Source: Haloquadratum walsbyi C23 (GTDB lineage: Archaea > Halobacteriota > Halobacteria > Halobacteriales > Haloferacaceae). From it: a DNA stretch of 32,000 nt. The stretch lies in contig NC_017459.1 in assembly GCF_000237865.1 (NCBI RefSeq), forward strand, positions 1,380,001-1,412,000, read 5' to 3'. The notes beneath the pieces are model-generated. The model searched no databases, had not been told where the DNA came from, and was given only the letters and a program-made list of their open reading frames with translations. The translations under genes and the position numbers were made by a program. Positions 9,728 through 18,694 of the stretch are shown one piece after another. Numbering within the stretch: position 1 is the stretch's first letter; each line of letters opens with the position of its first letter.

Positions 9728-10597
9728 TCATATATCATGTGTCACGAGCACTCCGTCATCAGGTGAACGGCGAATCGCTGTCAGCCCATTCCCGTTTGGC
9801 TCCTCAATCAGGACACCTTCGCCGCCAGGAGTGGCATTATTTGCACGGATCACGTTTCCACAGACAACGTTGCCCTTTCGAACCGGTTTTACTCGTTTTG
9901 AATGACCGACGATCTGTGGCGGGGCTGATGGCTCAAGATGTGTGAAGTCCATCCAGCAAAGACCGGCGTCGGCTCCGCGACCGCCGTTGCGACCGAGTTG
10001 ACAGATTGTGGCATAATTCGACGCAATTCGCTTTTGTATTGCTTGAGTGAGCCCGTCTGTCAAGAGTTCACTCGCAGCAGCTTGAATTTGAGCGTTGACA
10101 TCAGCGGCTTCGAACGCTTCATTACGACCGGCGTGGCTGTATGTGTACTCATAGCCTTCATACGCCACCGTTACATCTCCCTCAGCCACACGAGTGAGGA
10201 ACGCCCGCTGTTCATCGGTATCAAGAGTGGTTGAGTAAGCTTGTGGCCAATGCACGAACGATGGGAGTAAGATTGCTAATTCATGATTACCGAGGTGATA
10301 CCGAACTCGACCCGGTGGTGCCTCGCGTTGCAGTCGCCATACGAGTTCCATACACTCCTTACTTGCCGGTCCTCGATCCACGACGTCGCCATTGACAATG
10401 AGGATATACTCGTTTCCTGCCCAGTGGAGTCGCCCATCGTCATCACTCCTCACGAGTGGAGGATATTGGTCGGTATCGGAGTCACCAATTGCAGTGAGGG
10501 CACTCCGAGCATCCGTCAGATATCCATGGAGATCGCTAATATGGACGATTCGTGGTGTTCCGGACACGGCGTCAACATTTGATGGGTGAGAGCTCAT
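9728..10597 (-). CDS. PPP-family metallophosphoesterase (Ser/Thr phosphatase / ApaH-like)
   Basis: 289 aa with the canonical motif series: IVHISDLHG (DxH), NGDVVDRG (GDxxDRG) and LGNHE (GNHE). It is convergent with the helicase gene. Confidence 0.85.
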   Translation of the reverse strand: MSSHPSNVDAVSGTPRIVHISDLHGYLTDARSALTAIGDSDTDQYPPLVRSDDDGRLHWAGNEYILIVNGDVVDRGPASKECMELVWRLQREAPPGRVRYHLGNHELAILLPSFVHWPQAYSTTLDTDEQRAFLTRVAEGDVTVAYEGYEYTYSHAGRNEAFEAADVNAQIQAAASELLTDGLTQAIQKRIASNYATICQLGRNGGRGADAGLCWMDFTHLEPSAPPQIVGHSKRVKPVRKGNVVCGNVIRANNATPGGEGVLIEEPNGNGLTAIRRSPDDGVLVTHDI

Positions 10598-10976
10598 ATG
10601 TATTATTTATCCAGTGTCGTGTTGTCGGTGTTGATATTGCTGTTTCGGTGATATGTATTTGCTCAATTATATTGAATCTGTGACGTGCCGTGTATTATCT
10701 ACTCTATATCGCCTAGACTGACTTTGTTTATTCTGCGGGTTTTTTATTCACGATCCGCTTTGCGAGGCAGCCATCGATATATCCACCGGGGCGGTGTCCC
10801 CCATGATCATCCTGAAGAGAGTGATGTCGTTCTGAATTGTGCATGATTCCGGCTGCTCGATGTGCGATTTTGGAGATGAAATATTCTCTGTATGTAATCA
10901 GTTGGGCTGGGTGTGGAGACCACTGATACAGAAGATTACTCACTCATGATTCATCATCCCTCATCTTGTCTTTATT

Positions 10977-11075
10977 TCCGTCGACCCCCCAGGGGAAAAC
11001 ACCCTATTGGGGGTCGACGGAAAATATTTATTCTAACTTGCCGTGGTTATATTTGTGCCTTGTATATTGGGCATG
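10977..11075 (+). promoter_or_regulatory. CRISPR-1 leader (conserved hairpin, A/T-rich TATA-like box, conserved junction TATTGGGCATG)
   Basis: It aligns almost base-for-base with 23219..23320 upstream of array 2. It contains a 13-bp perfect inverted repeat, TCCGTCGACCCCC / GGGGGTCGACGGA (10977..11021), followed by AAAATATTTATT. Confidence 0.75.
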
Positions 11076-12481
11076 GTTTCAGATGAACCCTTGTTGGGTT
11101 GAAGTACGCGATAGTTTCGTGATGAGGCAGTATTGAGAATGTTTCAGATGAACCCTTGTTGGGTTGAAGTAAGGGGTAACAATCGACCCAACAGGAGAGC
11201 ATTTGAGTTTCAGATGAACCCTTGTTGGGTTGAAGTATGCAGGAAAATCAGCCTCCGCGAGAGAGTTATGCTCGTTTCAGATGAACCCTTGTTGGGTTGA
11301 AGTGTCCGTGCCGGTGGCAGGATTGTCGTCGCCAGGTGAGTTTCAGATGAACCCTTGTTGGGTTGAAGTCCCTTCATAGATAACTGTAAGATTTGAGTTG
11401 GTTTGGTTTCAGATGAACCCTTGTTGGGTTGAAGTTGCCCGATAACGCCAGCGACGATTGCGAGCATAAACGCGTTTCAGATGAACCCTTGTTGGGTTGA
11501 AGTCGTTGAGATGTCGGTCGCCTGTTTTTGTGCGCTGGTTTCAGATGAACCCTTGTTGGGTTGAAGTAGTCATCGGAAGATGCCTCCCTGCTCGCCAGTC
11601 GGCGTTTCAGATGAACCCTTGTTGGGTTGAAGTCGCGCTCGAGACGATGTTGACGCAATCAGCAACGAGTTTCAGATGAACCCTTGTTGGGTTGAAGTTG
11701 AAAGTCGTTGTGTGACCACAATATAACTAATCTGGTTTCAGATGAACCCTTGTTGGGTTGAAGTCGTGTTCAGTACGTCTGAATTAATCGGACTATCAAG
11801 TTTCAGATGAACCCTTGTTGGGTTGAAGTAAGCCATACGACCGGCGTCGAAAACGGTCCCGACGTGTTTCAGATGAACCCTTGTTGGGTTGAAGTCGATA
11901 TTAACGTTTGAATCAAACGAATAATCAATAGTTTCAGATGAACCCTTGTTGGGTTGAAGTATAACCACTTAGTTCATCACGAACATACTCGCCGAGTTTC
12001 AGATGAACCCTTGTTGGGTTGAAGTCGGGGTTGTCATTATCAAAAGCGTCTATCATATCGCGTTTCAGATGAACCCTTGTTGGGTTGAAGTTAACAGCTT
12101 CAGCAGCGGTCCCAGCCACGGACAGGGTTTCAGATGAACCCTTGTTGGGTTGAAGTTTTAGGTGGTTGATTGTCGGATAGATCATCAAAGATGGTTTCAG
12201 ATGAACCCTTGTTGGGTTGAAGTACTGAGGCATTTACTGCAAAGGGTTTCTCGATCGAGTTTCAGATGAACCCTTGTTGGGTTGAAGTTGTTGATGTTGG
12301 CCCAACAACTAACGGCAAGAGAGTTTCAGATGAACCCTTGTTGGGTTGAAGTATCACACGTATGCTGACGCAACCGAAAACGCAAAACTTTCAGATGAAC
12401 CCTTGTCGGGTTGAACTGTCGGTCGATCATCGGCTGCGAGTCGATGGCCCTATTTCAGATAGAGCTTTGTCGGGCTAAAGC
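11076..12481 (+). CRISPR. CRISPR array 1: 22 repeats of 30 nt and 21 spacers of 34-38 nt
   Basis: GTTTCAGATGAACCCTTGTTGGGTTGAAGT is perfectly repeated 20 times (first copy 11076..11105, 20th copy 12323..12352). Two progressively degenerate terminal repeats follow at 12388..12417 and 12452..12481. The leader lies on the 5' side. Confidence 0.98.
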
Positions 12482-12537
12482 TCCAATTCAGGTTGTTTCC
12501 AACCAACTACGTGAGATTTGATCATTATTAATCCGCA

Positions 12538-13635
12538 GATCATCTGTCTTTAGTTAAGCCTCACACCTCGGTTGTGTAGCGGTAGCGAGTGTCTCTCGTA
12601 AGATTGGTCGTTGCTTGTGGATCTTCTGAGCGTCTTCGATCAGCCGGTCGAGCAGCGGCGGTGATGAGTATCCGAGGAGCTCACCGAGTTCGTGGAGGAT
12701 GAGTTGGGCGTGCAACCGATAATGACCGCGACGCGATTTGAAAGTTCATTCTCAATTCTGGAGGTAAGCGGTCTCTATCCGTGACTCCCGGGGAGCGTGA
12801 GATCATGAATTTGTCGTTTATATGTGAGTGGTGAAAATTGCTGTATTAATATTTCTCCCGGCTGATTTTGAAGCCCGGTAAGTCAGAAGAAGAAGATTCT
12901 AACAGAGTGATAGTAATTCTTAAATGCTTTCAAATCGCTGTACACTTGGCTTACAGCTATCTTAATCCGTTATTTTCTTGCTACGTCTTAGTTTTTAAAG
13001 GTTCTCTAAGTCATTAAAACTCGCCGCACAGCGCTCTATCAGAAACACAAGCTTATCATCCGCTTGCTCAGTGACGAGATCCAACAGACCCCGGCTTACA
13101 AGCAGCGACAGCAGCGCTGCGTACGATATGATCCTCACCACATGTTCGTCACGCGTATCGAATACGTCCAGTTCGCACCGCGTCTTCATACTATTGGCTA
13201 TAAGTACGTGGATATTTCCGGCACCCCGAGGTGCCAAAATCCTTCGCGTGACTATAGCCAACAGTATCAGCTCCTGGAACAGCAATTCAACTTCCCACCG
13301 ACAGCGGTAGATCTCCGCTAAATCTACCGGTAAGAACTCTTTTATCGCCAGATTTGTCATGCACAGATGATAGTCGTCGGCGTCCACAACGAGGACGCCG
13401 ACGACGCGAAATCGCTTCCTATCTAGCAACTGTGTCCCATTATGTAGTCCTCGTTTGAACTCTACTTCGACTTCTACATCGATGTACTTCCGGTCGAGAT
13501 CGTCAAGAATAGCTCGAAGTTGCTTGCCCTCCGGGTTCTTTCGTGCACAGACTGGACTCCCTCATTCCTTCTGAAAGATGCCTCGATAAGCCGCTGCTAT
13601 CACGCGGTTTCTCACTTAACCAAAGACGGATGATC
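12538..13635 (-). mobile_element. decayed IS element (IS4/IS1634-like DDE transposase) bounded by imperfect 21-bp terminal inverted repeats
   Basis: The left end GATCATCTGTCTTTAGTTAAG (12538..12558) matches the reverse complement of 13615..13635, GATCATCCGTCTTTGGTTAAG, at 19 of 21 positions. Transposase-like coding inside is broken into pieces. No clear target-site duplication was seen. Confidence 0.65.
12995..13560 (-). pseudogene. DDE transposase fragment (central/C-terminal part)
   Basis: The frame contains ...DDYHLCMTNLAIKEFLPVDLAEIYRCRWEVELLFQEL..., the Y-x2-R-x3-E signature of IS4-like transposases. It lacks an N-terminal region and a start codon. A separate C-terminal piece (about 12554..12745, minus strand) ends with its stop inside the left inverted repeat. 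An AT-rich block of about 250 bp separates the two pieces. Confidence 0.6.
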
Positions 13636-13790
13636 CACAGATATATGATACCCAAATACACTGTTGTATTCAGAGTTTAATTCGGTATTCATGAATAACA
13701 TAAGGCAATGCAAATAGAGCAATATGCCCAGCCAACGGTCATCGTACTGGTCTTAACATAGCCGGGAACGCCAATGCAGTCCATTAAATC

Positions 13791-13820
13791 ATTTCAGATC
13801 AAATCTGGTGAGATTGAAGT
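13791..13820 (+). repeat. orphan degenerate CRISPR repeat
   Basis: ATTTCAGATCAAATCTGGTGAGATTGAAGT matches the array consensus at 22 of 30 positions. Both ends are conserved (TTTCAGAT and TTGAAGT). It lies beyond the IS and about 200 nt upstream of cas6. Confidence 0.45.
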
Positions 13821-14016
13821 TACCCCGGTGCTCTGTATGCCTGTATTTTTCAAAAGAAACAATGAGAATAACTGCCACCAGTCGTTAAAATCTTCATTCA
13901 GAAGAATACTATATTCTACTTTCACTTTTAGTTTCACTGTCCTTTGGTAGTATTTTTATTCTAGTCGGTAACATAATATGTTGCATGAGTCTCCAATACC
14001 GAGGTGAGTCATCCGA

Positions 14017-14789
14017 GTGCGTGTAATGGCCCATTTATCAGCCCGAACCGATGCTGCCTATCAGAACGACTACCACCACAAACTCCGGGGTCGGATCTGG
14101 AACGCACTCGAAGACACACCGTACGACGACCGCCACGACGACGGCGAGCCCCGGGGTTCTCGTATTCGAATCCGTTCCCGCCACACGATATGAAGACTGG
14201 CGACAATCGAAAGTTCTTGGTTGCTTCGCCTGACGAGGAGCTACTGGCTAACGTCGTTGCTGACCTGCTCGAAGAACCAGAGCTAAACATCGGCGAGATG
14301 CCGTTCCACGTCGACGACGTGAGTCCACTCGAATCCGATGTCGGCGAGCCCGGCACTCGCGGGACGATTGAAACTGGAACTGGCCTACTAGTTCGGATTC
14401 CGCCGTGGCGATGCGAGGAGTACGGCATCGACCACCCCGGCGGCAACACCGCCGTCTTCTGGCGACCGGAATACTCGATGAAACCGCTCCGCAAGCAGTT
14501 GGAGGACAACCTCGATCAGAAACACGACCGTTTCGCCCACGACCACCTGCCGGGGCCAAGCGATGTCAACGGGGATCTGTTTGATGGTTACGAACTTATC
14601 AAGACGTTCGCCATTCCGGTGACCGTCACCGAGGGTCAGGAGATGACCTACGTCCTGAGCAAGTGGGAGTTCTGTTATACTGTTCGGGACGACCACCACC
14701 GCCGACACCTGAACCTCGCGCTGGATTGCGGACTCGGAGAGCGGAACTCCCTGGGGCTCGGGTTCGTGAATCTCAAGGAGGCAAACTGA
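14017..14789 (+). pseudogene. cas6: cas6 (type I-B crRNA endoribonuclease) interrupted by an apparent 1-nt frameshift
   Basis: - **N-terminus:** (GTG 14017) MRVMAHLSARTDAAYQNDYHHKLRGRIWNALEDTPYDDRHDDGEP lies in one frame and stops at 14191.
- **Remainder:** PGFSYSNPFPPHDMKTGD... continues in the frame of ORF 14004..14789.
- **C-terminus:** it ends with the Cas6 glycine-rich loop GLGERNSLGLGFVNL.
- **Junction:** the frames meet in the run CCCCGGGG (14149..14156). Confidence 0.8.
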
Positions 14790-16834
14790 TGGACACGGAA
14801 GCTCTTGAGGATGTGGCCGACGAAACTATTAGATCAACGATTCCACGTCGTCCAGTCGCATCGTTGCGCGACATCGAAGTACTCTACGGAGCCCTGTATA
14901 CGCTCGGTCGAGGATTAACTGGACCGTATGGCGCATATCTGACTCCGGACGCTGCTGCCGATCAGATCGGAAACGAGACACTCGTTGTCGTGCGTGTCGA
15001 TCTCAGAGGAGAGAAAGCGACACTCGTGGATCCGCCGGTCAGCCTCGAAATGTTCCCCGAGGATCTAGTATTGCGTGTTGCCCATTCAAAATATAGTGCC
15101 GGAAATGGGGACGACTATAGCATCACTCACCAGTCAGGACAAACAAATGGTCCTGAAAAACAGGGCGACCACGCCTTGGAACGTTTGACGAGCTGGTCCA
15201 ATCAGGAGGCAATCGAAGAGACAGCATCAAAGCACGAAGATGGTTGGATTATTGAAAAACTGGCGGAGTTGGGAGCTGATGATGAGACTGAGAAAAAAAT
15301 CCGAGAAGAAGTTGAATCGCTTATTTCAGAAGAAGGTCAACTTCTACATACAGTCGCCATTGCGTTCGACGACAATAGAGTAAACACTACAGCACAGTTC
15401 CAATCTAACGAAACTTGGCACTATCCCGGTGAAATCGAAGTTCTTCAAGAAGCGATGGCGGCTCGCAAGACGGGAAAATTTCGGACGAATACTCAGGGAG
15501 CTGATGACGCCTCCGGTGATGGAACATGCTTCGTTTTCGACACCGACGAAACTGTATATGGTATCGTTGGCGATCCGATGAAGCATTACCTCTCTAAACA
15601 GATGGAGAAGTTCCCTGCTTTCGATGCTGATCGGTCGTGGCAGACGCAAGGTCTTGGCCGTGATGCAGCAGTTCGGGCCCAGAACGCAGATACGTTTCTT
15701 AATGCGTGTACTACCTCAGCACCGGGAACATCAGCATTCTATCTCCCATATCCGACAGGCAAAATCGATGCAAATAGTGCAAAAGTCCTGTATGAATTGC
15801 TGAGCGAACAAGTCAACTCTGATGACGAGTATTCTCCTGTCGGGAGCAAGTATCGTCGACTCAAGGCTACCGACAAACTGGATGCTATTCGATTCTCGCT
15901 TGTTATCGTTAACAAATATCAAAAAGATCGATGGCGTGTTCTTGCAGCCACTCCGACAGCGTCTACCCACATCATCGAAGATGTTACCCAACAACATCTT
16001 GCTGTTCTTGATAGCCGCTGGGTAACCGAAGAAAAAATATTCCCAAAGCGTGAGAAGTTTTCTCTCCTCAGCATTGAGGAGGCAGAATCACTCTCAAATG
16101 TTGTTTCTAGCGTCGCGTATCTTGGAGAAACGTGTCTCGGTGATGACGCCGATGACCCGAGCAGTAATGATTTCCGATTCCGAGGGACAGCGATGATTGC
16201 TAGTGGAAAACAGCTCCGCGTTGAGGAGTTACTTGAAGAGTACGTCGCAAAGCTGGTCAATAAATTCGATCCAGACGACCAGTATCCCTTCCCGATGGCG
16301 ACTCTCACACAGCAGTACGTGCAACTTAACGCGCTCAGAGCGTGTGACTTGCTCACCGCAGATGACGAGCGACTCGTAATACAATCACAACACATGAGCG
16401 ATCAAACATCACAAGCGACAGCCGATAATCGACAAGAACAGTTCGAACAGTTCATCGAAGATCACTCAGCATTGAGCGATGAAACGAGGCAAGGAGTATT
16501 TGCACTCGGGGCGCTCATTGGTCGTATTTCCAGATATCAAAGCGACGACGGAAGAAGCACAACTGCGATTAGTCAGTATCCAATTGGAAACCTGACCAAA
16601 CACAATATACGACGAATAGCAACAGAAGTCGTAGAGAGTAATGTGATCTACTCTGAAAAAGAAGGATATAAACAAACCATGTATGGAGAGTTGATGCAAG
16701 CTGTCGCTGATGGACTTGAATCAACTGATCAGGATGAGCTAACACTCTCTACTGAGGATCTTCGTTTTCACTACGCAATGGGTATCGCCTACGGAAAAAA
16801 CGACCCCAGCACTTCAGATTACAAAAATGAGTGA
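14789..16834 (+). CDS. cas8b: cas8b (type I-B large subunit)
   Basis: 681 aa from the ATG at 14789 (MDTEALEDV...), which overlaps the cas6 stop by 1 nt (TGATG). Its size and its position between cas6 and cas7 fit Cas8b. I read no catalytic motif. The upstream extension of the ORF track (from 14663) overlaps cas6 and looks non-coding. Confidence 0.8.
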   Translation: MDTEALEDVADETIRSTIPRRPVASLRDIEVLYGALYTLGRGLTGPYGAYLTPDAAADQIGNETLVVVRVDLRGEKATLVDPPVSLEMFPEDLVLRVAHSKYSAGNGDDYSITHQSGQTNGPEKQGDHALERLTSWSNQEAIEETASKHEDGWIIEKLAELGADDETEKKIREEVESLISEEGQLLHTVAIAFDDNRVNTTAQFQSNETWHYPGEIEVLQEAMAARKTGKFRTNTQGADDASGDGTCFVFDTDETVYGIVGDPMKHYLSKQMEKFPAFDADRSWQTQGLGRDAAVRAQNADTFLNACTTSAPGTSAFYLPYPTGKIDANSAKVLYELLSEQVNSDDEYSPVGSKYRRLKATDKLDAIRFSLVIVNKYQKDRWRVLAATPTASTHIIEDVTQQHLAVLDSRWVTEEKIFPKREKFSLLSIEEAESLSNVVSSVAYLGETCLGDDADDPSSNDFRFRGTAMIASGKQLRVEELLEEYVAKLVNKFDPDDQYPFPMATLTQQYVQLNALRACDLLTADDERLVIQSQHMSDQTSQATADNRQEQFEQFIEDHSALSDETRQGVFALGALIGRISRYQSDDGRSTTAISQYPIGNLTKHNIRRIATEVVESNVIYSEKEGYKQTMYGELMQAVADGLESTDQDELTLSTEDLRFHYAMGIAYGKNDPSTSDYKNE

Positions 16835-17849
16835 TAACACCGATATCGTTGAGAACCGTTCAGAAATCGTCTTCCTGTACGATGCCGTTGACGCGAACCC
16901 CAACGGCAATCCGCTCAGTGGAGCGAACAGACCGCGAATCGATCCCGTAACCAAAGAAGCAATCGTTACCGACGTTCGCCTGAAACGTTACCTCCGCGAC
17001 CAGTTTGAGGCAGACGGCGAGGGCGTCTACATTACGAGCGAACGCGGTGAATACGCTAAAAAGCGGGAGGATCTGCTTAAGGAAACGTTCGGTGTGACAA
17101 CTGTCGAGGAGATCGAAGACGAGGAGTTCGATGGCTTTGACAGATTTCTCGAAAACGCAATCGACGCTCGATTGTTCGGTGCAACGTTCAGCATTAAAAC
17201 CGATGCTGGGGAAATTATCGAGGCTCTCGAAAAACACCTACCTGATCATCTTACCGGCCCCGTCCAGTTCTCACCCGGTAAGACGCTCCATCCTGTCGAG
17301 GTGAATGAGGAGTACAACAGCCTCACAAGTGTTATTGGCACCGACGACGAGAAGGAGCAGGGTGGATTCGATTTGGACGACCACCGTATCAAATACGGTC
17401 TGATCGGATTCCACGGACTGGTTGATGAACACGGTGCGGAGGATACGAACCTCAAAGCGGGAGATATCGAACAACTAGACTCGGCCTGCTGGCGTGCTAT
17501 CAAAAACCAAACCATTACCCGTAGCAAGGTAGGACAGGAGCCACGGCTCTATGTTCGTATCGAGTACGATACTGATAGTTTCCATATCGGTGGTCTCACG
17601 CACGAACTCGATCATGTTGGAGACGATGAAGATGCCCGCTCCTACCGGACTGTCCAAGACGTAACAGTCGATGCAACAGACTTCGTCTCCCGTCTCAAAT
17701 CACATGAGGATCGCATACAGACTGTGCAGGTCGTTTCTGACGATGCGCTAGACATAGCACTTAATGGCGAGATACTCGAAGACGGATTCGTTAGTGCACT
17801 TGAGGATCGATTTGAATCAGTCCACGAAATCGATGTGTACGAACACTAG
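16827..17849 (+). CDS. cas7: cas7 (type I-B backbone subunit, Csh2-like)
   Basis: 340 aa. The N-terminal block SEIVFLYDAVDANPNGNPL is the characteristic Cas7/Csh2 motif. It has an 8-nt overlap with cas8b. Confidence 0.9.
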   Translation: MSDNTDIVENRSEIVFLYDAVDANPNGNPLSGANRPRIDPVTKEAIVTDVRLKRYLRDQFEADGEGVYITSERGEYAKKREDLLKETFGVTTVEEIEDEEFDGFDRFLENAIDARLFGATFSIKTDAGEIIEALEKHLPDHLTGPVQFSPGKTLHPVEVNEEYNSLTSVIGTDDEKEQGGFDLDDHRIKYGLIGFHGLVDEHGAEDTNLKAGDIEQLDSACWRAIKNQTITRSKVGQEPRLYVRIEYDTDSFHIGGLTHELDHVGDDEDARSYRTVQDVTVDATDFVSRLKSHEDRIQTVQVVSDDALDIALNGEILEDGFVSALEDRFESVHEIDVYEH

Positions 17850-17863
17850 CGGACCATACAGCA

Positions 17864-18694
17864 ATGCAATCACAACTGGACGACCACGCCGACGAGAGTA
17901 CGAGCCAGGATACTGAGGCGACTCCCGATTCCCTTCCAGATCAGTGCCTGTCGTTTCGGCTATCCGGTCCGTGGGGACATTTCCGCCGGGTTGAGGGGAA
18001 CACAGTGAAAACCACCTACCGAATCATCCCCAGAACAACTGTTGCTGGTCTTTTGGCCGCCGTTCTGGGTATCGGGCGAAACCAGTATTACGACCTGTTC
18101 GGTCCTGAATCATCTGCGATGTCTATTGAGCCGGTGAGCGAACTACGAACGATGAATCTCCCCGTGAATAACCTCACCACCTCACAAGAAGGGCTAAAAG
18201 GAGTCAATACGCGGGGCAAGGTCAGCGTCTACTATCCAGATCCAACAGAGGACAGGCAGCGAACGAATTACGAAGTCCTCGTTGAACCCGAGTACAGAAT
18301 CGATCTTTGGCTTGGTGACGAGGAAAGATACGACGAACTTCGAGAGTACCTCTCGGAAGGCAAATCATACTACACGCCGTCGCTTGGCCTGTCCGAATAC
18401 TTGGCTGATATCGAATACCTCGGCGAATACGAAGTAACAGCGGTAGCACAATCCGAGCCGCATGCTGTCGATTCCGCAGTTCCAGACCCTGATGGCGTGA
18501 TACCGGAACCGAACGTCAACTATGGAACGGAACGCTCACCCGCATTCATGGAACGGACGACAACGTCCGGTGAGTTCTCGGGACGGCGAACAACGAGTTA
18601 CCTGACATATACGTATAGCCCGGATGGAGACGCACTCACCGTCTCAGATACAGCAGCGGCAAGCGTTGATAACCGAACTGTGGTGTTCCGATGA
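17864..18694 (+). CDS. cas5: cas5 (type I-B)
   Basis: 276 aa. LSFRLSGPWGHFRRVEGN is the typical Cas5 N-terminal motif. It sits between cas7 and cas3. Confidence 0.88.
   Translation: MQSQLDDHADESTSQDTEATPDSLPDQCLSFRLSGPWGHFRRVEGNTVKTTYRIIPRTTVAGLLAAVLGIGRNQYYDLFGPESSAMSIEPVSELRTMNLPVNNLTTSQEGLKGVNTRGKVSVYYPDPTEDRQRTNYEVLVEPEYRIDLWLGDEERYDELREYLSEGKSYYTPSLGLSEYLADIEYLGEYEVTAVAQSEPHAVDSAVPDPDGVIPEPNVNYGTERSPAFMERTTTSGEFSGRRTTSYLTYTYSPDGDALTVSDTAAASVDNRTVVFR

Noticed and set aside
10728-10943. 71-aa minus ORF with a faint HNH-like HHSLQDDHGG stretch
   Set aside because: It is basic and has an odd composition, and it lacks the cysteines and the downstream N/H residues of an HNH motif. Support is too weak to call it a gene. 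It is mentioned only in the finding on the intergenic region.
11210-12233. ORFs 11210..11467, 11374..11658, 11497..11679, 11738..11968 and 11934..12233, with recurring peptides such as NPTRVHLK and LQPNKGSSET
   Set aside because: They are translations of the CRISPR-1 repeats. The periodic peptide is simply the repeat read in frame. They are not genes.
12538-13635. Target-site duplication flanking the IS remnant
   Set aside because: I compared the bases immediately outside both inverted repeats (…ATCCGCA and CACAGAT…) and found no convincing direct repeat, so none is claimed.
14004-14190. Arg/Pro-rich N-terminus (MSHPSACNGPFISPNRCC…RRPPRRRRAPG) of the 261-aa ORF taken at face value as the cas6 start
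   Set aside because: Its composition is unlike any halophile protein. The neighbouring frame encodes a textbook Cas6 N-terminus. I interpret it as an out-of-frame read caused by the frameshift at 14149..14156.
14663-14788. N-terminal extension of the cas8b ORF (MGVLLYCSGRPPPPTPEP…)
   Set aside because: It overlaps the 3' end of cas6 in another frame and is Pro/Arg-rich. The ATG at 14789, directly at the cas6 stop, is the sensible start.
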